From Felis catus (Eukaryota): a DNA stretch of 64,000 nt. Below the pieces are notes generated by a model, which worked only from the letters and a program-made list of their open reading frames with translations, made no database searches and was not told where the DNA came from. The position numbers were made by a program, and so were the translations under genes. Of this stretch, positions 38,318 to 49,030 are shown in pieces. Within the stretch, counting starts at the first letter, position 1, and every line of letters begins with the position of its first letter. The DNA lies in NCBI RefSeq assembly GCF_018350175.1, contig NC_058368.1:191396001-191460000 (forward strand), given 5' to 3'.

Positions 38318-38667
38318 TAAAGTATAACATGAGGCCCCAGTATCGAACTTGCTTCATACCTTTTCAAATGTGACAGACTCCACTTTTGCATATTCTCATG
38401 TGACTATTTTAATTCTACTGGATCTGAAAATAGCACCCATAATGTCATATGGGTTAACAAAATGCTTACTTTGTGATGCATAATATCATATGGGTTAGCA
38501 AAATGCATATTTTAGTCTCCTAGCAAAGAAATTGTTTTAGGCGTGGACTTGTTACCCAACATTGACCAAAAAATGTAAGGCAACATCTGTTCGAGGATTT
38601 CTGGAAATATCTTTTTACTTTGAATAAAGAAAAAATACCAGATGCTCCAGTGTTCTATTGGCCACTG

Positions 38668-38722
38668 TTTTCTTTTTTCTTTTCTTTTCTTTTTTCTTTT
38701 CTTTTCTTTTCTTTCTTTTTTC
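38668..38722. repeat. (CTTTT)n-type pyrimidine tract
   Basis: Direct reading. Confidence 0.85.
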
Positions 38723-38731
38723 TTTCGCATG

Positions 38732-38975
38732 TTTTTTTTTTTTTTTTTTTTTAATTTTTTTTTTTTTTTTTTCAACGTTTATTTATTTTTGGGACAGAGA
38801 GAGACAGAGCATGAACGGGGGAGGGGCAGAGAGAGAGGGAGACACAGAATCGGAAACAGGCTCCAGGCTCCGAGCCATCAGCCCAGAGCCTGATGCGGGG
38901 CTCGAACTCACGGACCGCGAGATCGTGACCTGGCTGAAGTCGGACGCTTAACCGACTGCGCCACCCAGGCGCCCC
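38732..38975 (-). mobile_element. Very young felid Can-SINE
   Basis: CpGs intact, long T homopolymers, TSD TTTTCTTTCGCATG(TTTT) at 38717-38735 and 38976-38993. Confidence 0.97.
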
Positions 38976-39024
38976 TTTTCTTTCGCATGTTTTGAACCAC
39001 TTTGAACTTGGTAGTCCAGGTAAG

Positions 39025-39215
39025 ACTACCAGCCAACATTCTGAGGATGGTAGAGAGAAAAAAAAAAAGGGAAAACCCTGGGTCCATGAAAAGTCACTTC
39101 CTGCTGGATTAACCAATTTTGGAACCTATCTCTAGACTGCTTATGAGATAATAAATATTCTTGCAGTTTGCCATTTTTGATTATGGGTTTCTATTACTTG
39201 CATCCAAGAGTACGT
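39025..39215 (+). mobile_element. MaLR LTR (MLT1-type) 3' fragment
   Basis: GAGGATGGTAGAG...CCTGGGTCCATGA...CTAGACTGCTTATGAGATAATAAAT...TTTCTATTACTTGCA. Confidence 0.6.
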
Positions 39216-39889
39216 GAATTGCTACAAACTTCCACCTGAACACCAAAAATTCCACTTCTGCCATAAGTCCACTGCTGAGCATACAGTCTCAAATGAATTC
39301 GGAGTCACCCATATTAATGGCTTCCTCTGCGTTACAGGACTGGGGAAAATATGCGGACATTGAAGATATGGTGATTTTAGAAATCGTCCCTTGTCTGCTA
39401 AATAAAATGTGATTCTTAGTTTACCAAGGTAGCAAGAAAAATAGCATCCGAAAGAGTTTGACCTTAATACATAAGTTCTCCATAACAACCCTTTTGAGTC
39501 ATACTGCTTACTATCATATTCAACACTCTAAGAAGTCTTGCAGCAATAAAACCTAATTAACTTTATTGTGCTTAATCAGGGGTTTGTTTCCCAAGCTTAT
39601 CTAATCACAGAACCCTTTTTTCACGCTTAAAATATATTAATTAATCCAGGAGGATGAATGTTTTTCCAAACATACTTTGAGAAGCATTAACTTAACCCCA
39701 AGAATTTTTAAACAAGTACATTGGAACAAAATGTATTGAAGAAACTTCACCATTTAAGCTTGCCTATTTGCAATAAAAACCATTTTTAAGTGGGAATAGC
39801 TCACAATTATTGAATGCTTACTCTGGACTGGGTGCTGTCAGAAAACACTTTAACTCATCAATTGCAGATACTATTGTTATAACTTAACC

Positions 39890-40113
39890 AGGGTGCCTGG
39901 TGGCTCAGTGGGTTGAGTGCCTGACTTCCGCCCAGGTCATGGTCTCCTATTCACAGGTTCGAACTCCACGTCAGGCTCTGTGCTGACAGCTCGGAGCCTG
40001 GAGCCTGCTTTGGATTCTGTGTCTCCCTCTCTCTCTGCCCCTCCCCTGCTCGCTCTCTGTCTCTCTCCGTCTCTCGAAAAAAAATAAATAAATAAAATGG
40101 TAAAAAAATTTAA
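39890..40113 (+). mobile_element. Can-SINE inserted in a reverse MIR
   Basis: Full body; short flanking repeat ACTTAAC; MIR core CAGATGAGAAAA resumes after it. Confidence 0.93.
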
Positions 40114-40827
40114 ACCCACTTAACAGATGAGAAAAAGGGAGGCCCAGAAAGACAATGGGCCCTGTTATGCTGTGATTTACATGACTCACACTCTTCACAG
40201 TTCCTGAAAAGAACTTCATCCTGCACTTAAAACTACTAGCCAGATTCTATTGCTAGACATGCACTCTTCATACTGACTGAAATTGGCCGTGAGTAACTTG
40301 GCAAACCTCACCAGAATGCTATGTCAGTGAGCATTTTAAAACCGGGGTTGATGGCTTCAGGATGCGGTAGTGTTGATATGATCTGGAGACACTTCTATTT
40401 AAAGACACAGTTGGATTTAATTTAATCCTGGCACAAACAGCCACAGCCTTCTTCTTAACAACATTTGCATTTGCAGAAATCCTTTGGGATTCTTTAGGCT
40501 TTAATTTTTTTAAGCCCATAAGACGTTGACAGATCACTCACAAATAAAAGATTATTGAAGTTGAGAAGGTTTTCTGAGCATCTCAACACAGCCATAAGTT
40601 TCTTGAAGACAATGAAGGTATTCCAAAATACAGAGTATATAGTAGTCATACAAGTTAAATCTGTCTGTTAGTTTCTACTGTCCCACGTTTTTTCTTAGAA
40701 TCTATCAAACTAGTATAGCCTTTACTTAGTATTTTTACTTAATTGTCATGTAGAAATATATCTTCTTATTTAAGTACAGTGCAGATCATACAAAGGCAGA
40801 ATATCTGTGTCCTTAAAACACCTTACA

Positions 40828-42570
40828 TTTTTTTTTTTGCTTTTGATTGTTTTAAGTTTTTGTTTAAATTCTAGTTAGTTAACATACATGGTAAATTTGG
40901 CTTCAGGTGTAGAATTTAGTGACCCATCACTTACATACCATACCCAGTGCTCATCATCACAAGCGCCCTCCTTAATATCCATCACCCATCTGGCCCATCC
41001 CCCACCCAACTTCCTCCATCAACACTCAGTTTGTTCTCTACGGTTAAGAGTCTCTTATGGTTTGCTTCCCTCTCTCTTTTGTTTTGCTTTTTTTTCCCCT
41101 TCACATATTTTCATCTGTTTTGTTTCTTAACTTCCACATAAGAGCAAAATCATGTGGTATCTGTCTTTCTCTGACTTATTTCACTTAGCGTAATACACTC
41201 TAGCTCCATCCACATCATCGCAAACAGCAAGATTTCATTCTCTTTGATGGCTGAATGGTATCTTCTTTATTCATTCATCAGTGAATGAACATTCGGGCTC
41301 TCTCCATAGTTAGGCTATTGCTGATAACGTGCTATAAACATCAGGTTGCAAGTGCCCCTTTGAATCAATATGCTTGTATCCTTTGGGTAAATACCTAGTA
41401 GTGCAACCACTGGAACATAGGGTAGTTCTATTTTTAACTTTTTGAGGAACCTCCAGACTGTTCTCGAAGTGGCTGCACCAGTTTGTACTCCCACCAACAG
41501 CCTAAGAGGGCTCCCGTTTCTCCACATCCTTGCCAACATCTGTTGTTTCCTGTGTTGTTAGTTTTAGACATTCTGAAAGGTTTGAGGTTGTATCTCATTG
41601 TGGTTTTGATTTATATTTCCCTGATGATGCATGATGTTGAGCATCTTTTGATGTGTCTGTTAGCCATCTAGATGTCTTCTTTAGAAAAACGTCTGTTCAT
41701 GTCTTCTGCCCATTTCTTAACTGGATTACTTGGAGGGGGAGGGGTGTTGAGTTTGAGAAGTCCTTTAATGATTGTGGATACTTACCCTTTATCAGATATG
41801 TCATTTGTAAATATCTTCTCCCATTCCATAGTTTGTCTGTCAGTTTTGTTAATTGTTTCCTTTGCCGTTCAGAAGATTTTATCTTGATGAAGTCCCAAGA
41901 GTTCATGTTTGCTTTTGTTTCCCTTGCCTCCAGAGACGGTCTAGTAAGAAGCTGCTGTGGCCAAGGTCAAAGAAGTTGTAGCCTGTGTTCTCCTCTAAGA
42001 TTTTGGTGGTTTCCTGTTTCACATGTAGGTTTTCATCCATTTCAGATTTATGTTTATGTTTGGTGTAAGAAAGTAATCCAATTTCACTTCTTACATGTCG
42101 CTATTTAGTTTTCCCAACATCATTTGTTGAAGAGACTGTCTTTTTTCCACTGGATATTCCTTCCTGCTTTGTCGAAGATTAGTTAATCATACAGTTGTGG
42201 GTCCATTTCTGGGTTTTCTATTCTGCTCTCCTGATCTATGTGTCTGTTTTTGTGCCAGTGCCATACTGTCTTGATGACTACAGTTTGGTAATATAGCTTC
42301 ACGTCTGGAATCATGACGCCTCCAGCTTTGCTTCTCTTCTTCAGGATTGCTTTGGCTATTCAGGGTCTTTCGTGATTCCACATAAATTTTAGGATTGTTT
42401 GTTCTGTGAAAAATGCTGGTGGTATTTTTATAGAGATTGCATTAAATGTGTACATAGCTTTGGGTAGTATATTTAACAATGTTTGTTCTTCCAACCTGTG
42501 AGCATGGAATGTTTTTCCTTTTCTCTGTGTCCTCTTCAATGTCTTTCATAAGTGTCCTATAGTTTTCAGT
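40828..42570 (-). mobile_element. Carnivore L1: non-inverted 3' portion (ORF2 C-terminal part plus 3' UTR)
   Basis: T-rich tail at ~40828; ORF2 remnants on the minus strand ([34 protein letters not shown]). Confidence 0.93.
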
Positions 42571-42771
42571 AGATGCATAAAAAGCATTTGACAAGATGCA
42601 GCATCCATTCTTGATAAAAACCCTCAACAAAATGGTTGAAGAACATACCTCAACCTCATAAAGGCCATATATGAAACACCCACAGCTAATATCATCCTCA
42701 GTGGGGAAAAACTGAGAGTTTTTCCTCTGCAGTCAAGAACAAGACAGGGATGTCCACTTTCACCATTATTT

Positions 42772-42980
42772 GTTTCTTTGTTTTTATTTTTTTTTAAGTT
42801 TATTTATTTTGAGAGAGACAGCGTGAGTGGGGGAGGGACAGAGTGAAAGGGAGAATCTCAAGCAGGTTCCACAATGTCAGCGCAGAGCCCGGCGCAGGGT
42901 CTGAACTCACAAAACTGAGATCATGACCTGAGCCGAAATCAAGAGTCACAGGCTCAACTGACTGAGCCACCCAGGCCCCC
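42772..42980 (-). mobile_element. Can-SINE nested in L1
   Basis: TSD ACCATTATTT at 42762-42771 and 42983-42992. Confidence 0.93.
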
Positions 42981-43316
42981 CTACCATTATTTAACATAGT
43001 ACTAGAAGTCCTAGCCTCAGTAATGAGACAACAAAAAGAAATGAAAGGCATCCAAACTGGCAAGGAAGAAGTCAAACTTTCACTATTTGCAGACAACATG
43101 ATAGTCTATGTGGAAAACCTGAAAGACACCCCCCCCCCCGCAAAATTACTAGAACTACTACATGAATTTAGCAAATTGCAGCATAAAAAAATTAACATAC
43201 AGAAATCTGCTGCATTTCTATACACCATAAGGAAGTAGCAGAAAAAGAAATCCAGGAATCGACCCCATTTACAATTGAACCAAAACCAATTAAGATACCT
43301 AGAAATAAACCTAACC

Positions 43317-43545
43317 GGGGGCGCCTGGGTGGCGCAGTCGGTTAAGCGTCCGACTTCAGCCAGGTCACGATCTCGCGGTCTGTGAGTTCGAGCCCCGCGT
43401 CAGGCTCTGGGCTGATGGCTCGGAGCGTGGAGCCTGTTTCCGATTCTGTGTCTCCCGTTCTCTCTGCCCCTCCCCCGTTCATGCTGTGTCTCTCTCTGTC
43501 CCCAAAATATATAAAAACGTTGAAAAAAAAAATTAAAAAAAAAAA
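43317..43545 (+). mobile_element. Very young felid Can-SINE nested in L1
   Basis: TSD AGAAATAAACCTAACC at 43301-43316 and 43546-43561. Confidence 0.97.
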
Positions 43546-44068
43546 AGAAATAAACCTAACCAAAGAGGTAAAAGGCCTTAACTTTTTTTAATAGCCTCTT
43601 GTCCTTTGACTAGCAATCAAATGATGAAATGTCATTTTAATATTCTAAAGTAGCCTACATAACCACACACCATGGAGAGGGGTATCTGCCCAAGTATTTC
43701 TATCATCACAAAAGGAGAACATTAAGAAAGACAGCTAAGTTGTAGACAAAAACACTTAAAATTATAACTTACAACGCTTCAAAACAAATTATGTAAATTT
43801 TCTTCAAAGGTCAAAAGGCTTGGCTTAAGAAGTGTATTACTTTTCAAATTAAATTCTAAAAAGTTCTTTCACACAAAGTGTTGTTATTAAGGCACTTCAA
43901 AAGGAAGGTACGTTTTATTAACTATAACACAACCACCTCCATTCGTGTGGTGCTTTCCAATGTGTTTTGCATTTTTTTTTATTTTTAAAAAGTGTGATAC
44001 TGTTCCCCAAAATGGGAAGATATGCAGATGTTCTTATACTGATGTCACTCCAAATATAGAGAGAGATG

Positions 44069-44296
44069 GGGGCGCCTGGGTGGCGCAGTCGGTTAAGCCT
44101 CCGACTTCAGCCAGGTCACGATCTCGCGGTCCATGAGTTCGAGCCCCGCGTCGGGCTCTGGGCTGATGGCTCAGAGCCTGGAGCCTGCTTCCTATTCTGT
44201 GTCTCCCTCTCTCTCTGCCCCTCCCCCGTTCATGTTCTGTCTCTCTCCGTCCCAAAAATAAATAAACGTTGAAAAAAAAATTTTAAAAAAAAAAAA
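44069..44296 (+). mobile_element. Very young felid Can-SINE
   Basis: TSD AAATATAGAGAGAGATG at 44052-44068 and 44297-44313. Confidence 0.97.
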
Positions 44297-44405
44297 AAAT
44301 ATAGAGAGAGATGAAGTGTTCTTATCCATGTCAGTCTCAAAACATTTTTGAAAATCAAGCTGGATGCTACAGAAGGGGTGGAGATGATCAAAGCTAGTTT
44401 GCAGA

Positions 44406-44619
44406 TTTTTTAAAATATTTTTAATGTTTACTTATTTTTGAGAGAGAGAGAGCATGAGCAGGAGAGGGGCAGATGGAGAGGGAGACACAGAACCTGAAAC
44501 AGGCTTCAGGTTTCCTGCGGTCAGCACAGAGCTCAATGTGGGGCTCAAACGCACAAATTGTGAGATCGTGACCTCAGCCAAAGTCAGACGCTAAACCGAC
44601 TGAGCCACCCAAGTGCCCC
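44406..44619 (-). mobile_element. Can-SINE
   Basis: Ends GAGCCACCCAAGTGCCCC; T-rich tail on the left. Confidence 0.93.
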
Positions 44620-45164
44620 TCTCAGATGATGTTTAACATGCTTTCAATTTTTATTCGCTCATCAATTCTTGGAACATTGCAATGATGTGAATTCTTTATT
44701 AGCCACATCTCTCCAACTCCATCAGGCCACCCAAAGTGCCATCAATTTATAACAGACAGCAGGGGGTGTTAGGAGATTCTGCCCACTCCTTAGAGGGTTG
44801 TGACAGAACTGTCACAGGACTGCCAGACATCCTTGCCTCTGGCCCAGGGAAATTGCCATCATGGCTTTGAAAGGAAGGTTAAAAAAAAAAAAAAAGCCAT
44901 TAACCACTTAAAAAAAAAAAAAAGTCAAGCCATCTTGACTAAATTCTAAACTCTGGTTAAAAATAATACATCAGTTTCTGAGAATATAGGAACATCTTTA
45001 AATTGCTGCAGCTTGGTAGAAGGCAGATGGAGACCTAGAGAAATATCACAAGTTTTGCAAGAGTCCTTAAGAGCAAATGTACCAGGTTGTTAAGTTTGAT
45101 AGAAGTTTCCCAAGTAAAAGGTTCTGCAAGGTGCTCATTTCTTTCATCTTTACTTATATTGTTT

Positions 45165-46310
45165 TGTGTTTTTTTTCCAAAGATCTGTTGAGTTATAATT
45201 GACATAAATTAAACCACATATATTCCAAGAGTAAAGTTTGGTAATTTGGGGCATATATTCATGCTATGGAACTATTTCTACAATGAGGATGATGAACACA
45301 TTCATCAGACCCAGTAATTTCCATGTATCCCTCTGTCATCTCCCTTTCCTACCTCTCTCCAATCACCCTCTTCCAAACCAGGCAATAATGACATGAATTA
45401 CACAATTGCTATATAACCTGCATTTTATGACATTTTATATCAGTGGAATCCCACGGTAGGCACTCATCTATTTGCCTGGCAAAGAACACTCACCATAGCA
45501 TTTTGATTTTCATCCATGGTGTCGCATCCACCAAGAGTCTGTTCTTTGCCAAGAAGCTCTCCATTGTACGTATATATCACAATTTGCTTATCCATTCATT
45601 TCTTGTTAGACATTTTTTGCAGTTTTTGCAGTTTTTGGCTACTAGAAATAAAGCTCCAGTGAATATTCATGTGTAGTTCTTTTGTGTGGACAGATGCTTT
45701 CTTTACTCTTGGGTAAATACCTAGCAGTACAATGGCTGGGCCATATGTTAAATGGTTGTATGTTTAGCTTCTTAGGAAACTGTTAAGCTCTTTCCCAAAG
45801 CAGCGGGACCATTTTGCAGTCCCACCAGTTATGAATGAGACTTCCGGTTGCTTCACATATTCAAAAACACCTGGTATGTCCATGGTTGTTCTTATTTAAC
45901 TTTAGCCTTTCTAGGGATGTGTAATGATTGCTCCTTGTGGCTTAAATGTGCATGTCCCTAATGACTAGCAATGTTGAGCATTTTTTTTCATAAGTTTATT
46001 TTCCATTTGCATGTGTTCTCTGGTACCATGTTTACATCTTTGTCCCATGTGCATTTGTTTGCTTTTCTTATTATTATTGAATTATAAAGTTCTTTATATA
46101 GTCTAGATACAATTCCTTTGTTTGATGGCTGTCGTGCAAATATTTTCTCTCAGCCTGTGCCCTGCCTTTTCATTTTCTTAAACATGCTTTTTCAAAAAAG
46201 CAAACGTAATTTTTTAATCTTAAACTTTTTTACTTTTTTGTGTCATATTAAAAAATCTTTGAAAAACCCAAAGTCACTAAGCTTTTTGTCCTGTTTCAAG
46301 AAGTTTCTAG
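45165..46310 (-). mobile_element. Old L1 (L1M-class) 3' fragment
   Basis: TTGAGTTATAATTGACATA 3' end; CTTGGGTAAATACCTAG, TCCCTAATGACTAGCAATGTTGAGCAT reverse ORF2 motifs. Confidence 0.85.
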
Positions 46311-47769
46311 AAATCCCATAGATTTGTTGTTGTTGCTATTATTTTTAATATACATCTGTACTCACACTGTGGTAAACTGTAAAAAATGTTCTTTTTCTCA
46401 TCACATCGTAAAAATGTGTTCCCTGCAATTGCGTTAGGCCAGAGGGTGATGCTCATTTTGTATATACAAAACCTAAGGCAGGTTTTGAAAACCTAAGGCA
46501 GAATAAGAAGAAAAAAATGTGCAACACTGTACAAAGCATATATGGTCACAAAAATTGCTGTGGAATTCCAAGAAGCCTCCCGCTGATATGAGCAATGATG
46601 TAAATGTTCAAAAAAGTCTACGGTATAGAGAACTGTTTCCTTGTAGTGGAGGAGGATGATATAAAAATTGATCCCGGCTGAAAAGAACGATTTTAAAAAT
46701 GAAAAATAGATGCCATGTTAAATTTTCTGAGATGGTGTTTAAAACTGAAGACCGACTAATTTAAACCTTTGGATGAGTGGCTTCATCTCTTCCTTTTAGA
46801 AGTACTTTTTTCCCCTGGTGAGTCATAAAATTATAACTGCAAAATGGTGTGCTTTTTTAACTTTTTAAGAGGTATGCTCTTACTGAAATATAAATATTAT
46901 GTGTGTATTCTTTTGGTAATGGCTTTTCGAAGCAAAATGGTGGCACATGATTTAAAAATCAGAAAGAAAAGTAATCTCAATTAAATTCAATGAAAATGTT
47001 ATTGGTTTTCCTACTATGGTCATAACCAAGTGATGAGCAAACCACCAGTGGTGGCCCCGAGGAGATAAAAAACCAAATGATTAATGAAGTCTGCCCCTAA
47101 AAATATTAACTTCTTACAGGTGTCTTATTAGTTGGAAGGATGTTAACCTCAGGTACACCGCATCTAATGCAAAGATTAGGAACTGGGGAAACGATTTGCA
47201 TCTAGAGGGAACAGACAAATCTTTTATATCACGAAGTGTTGGAAAGTTAGGATTAATAGAGCATAGCTAGTTTAAGATTACCTCAAAAAGTAACAAGGAA
47301 GAGTTTGGACATGAAGTACTGGAAAAAGACAAAGGGACCAAATAGAGAACTCTTTTATCAGATGCAAGGTGTCAATGATAACCGAGTATCATGACACATT
47401 CCATGTGTCACTGTGCTACAGCCCCCATCAACAAGGATGAAGGAATACAATGACAATTGTCCTTAGAAGATTAAGCCAGACCTAGTAGGGAAAAAATGGC
47501 TCAAAGACAGTTAGGAATAAAGCAAAGAACTATCTGCATGAACTTGAGTATAAAATGAAGAGAGACCAGGTTAGAAAGGACCAGTGGAAATAGAATTAAA
47601 AAAAAAAAAGTGAATCCAAGCTATTTTAAGGATGCACTCTGTATTTCACTCCATGATTACAGGAGCCACACGTCTCTTATTCATCTTTGCATCTCCAGCA
47701 ATTAGCACTATGAGATACTGCAGAAATGAACGTTATCTGTACCTTTAAAATGCTAGTATTCAATCCACA

Positions 47770-49030
47770 ATTGCAGCCAGAGAATTCAACACTCCCTCTC
47801 AATAAATGACAGAACAGGCAGAAATCGGTAATGCTACAGAAGACATGAACAACACTATCAACTAACCTGACCTAATTAGTATTTATAGAACATTCCACCC
47901 AAGAATAGGAAGATACACTTCCTTCTCGAGTGTGCACAAAGTATGTACCAAGATAGACTATATATGGGCCATTAAAAAGTCTGAATAAATTTAAAGTGAT
48001 TCATGTCATACCAAGTACATTTTCTGCCTAATGCAGAATTCAATTATAAATGAATAACAGATAAGTAAAAATTCCCCAAATATTTGGAAACCAAATTATA
48101 TGCTTCTAAATAACGCTTGATTAAATGAAAAAGAAATCTAAAAAGAAATTTAAAAAGTAGTTCTAACCAGATGAAAATGAAAACCCATGTGGCAAAATTT
48201 GTGGGATGCATTTAAAATACTGAGAGGGAACTCTATAGCACAAAACACCTACATTAGAAAACAAAAAAGGTCTCAAATCAATGCTCCCAACTCCCATCAT
48301 TATAAACTAAAAAAGCAGAACAATAATACCCAAATCAAACAGAAGAAAGAAAATAGGAAGAAGATAAATTTTAAGAGGACGAAAATTAATAAAGCAGAAA
48401 GCAGATGACATTAGTGTGAACGCAAAATGGTGCTACCGCTTGAAAAAGAAGTCAATCAGTTTCTTAAAAAGTTGAAAGCAGAGTTATCATATGACCCTGC
48501 GACTGTAACCCTAGGTATACACCCAAGAGAAATGAAAACATGCCCACACAAAAACCTGTATACAAATGTTCATAACAGCATTATTCATAACAGGCAAAAG
48601 TGGAAACAAACTAATGTCGATCAACTCATAAGTGGCTAAATGAAATACGGTAGATCTGTATGATAGAACATTGTTCAGCCATGACAAAGAACAACGTACT
48701 GATACCTGTTAAAACATATATGAACCTCGAAAACATCATGCTAAGTAAAAGAAGCTTTTTGTAAAAGATCACATATTATATGATTCCATGTATACAGAAT
48801 ATCCAGAACAGGCAAATCCGTAGAGACATAAAGGAGATGAGTGGTTGCCATGGGCTTGGAGCGGGGGAGGAAATGGGGACTGATGGCTAATGGGTACAGG
48901 GTTTCTTTTTTGAGCAATGAAAATGTTCTAAAACTGTGCAGCTATAAATATACTATACACCACTGAACTCCACACTATTTAAGTAAGTGAACTGTACGTG
49001 GTATGTGAATTAATCTTAATTTGCTATATT
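47770..49030 (+). mobile_element. Old L1 (L1MB-class) with a large internal gap
   Basis: Endonuclease-side ORF2 remnant (QNLWDA) to ~48405, then ORF2 C-terminus (FLKKLKAELSYDPA) and 3' UTR. Confidence 0.85.

Larger units (their letters stand above)
42571..43578 (+). mobile_element. Inverted 5' portion of the same L1 (reverse-transcriptase region)
   Basis: AGATGCATAAAAAGCATTTGAC start; remnant [25 protein letters not shown] (RT F-A-D-D motif region). Confidence 0.9.

Noticed and set aside
40319..40537. Basic 72-aa ORF as a ribosomal-protein retrocopy
   Set aside because: No match to a protein I know; no poly(A) tail or TSD
41315..43238. ORFs with L1 ORF2 motifs as coding genes
   Set aside because: Fragmented by stops, frameshifts, an inversion and SINE insertions; dead L1
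46590..46685. C/D-box snoRNA-like spacing (ATGATGT ... CTGA)
   Set aside because: Imperfect C box, no terminal stem, no recognisable guide; an Rfam/snoscan search would be needed to revive it
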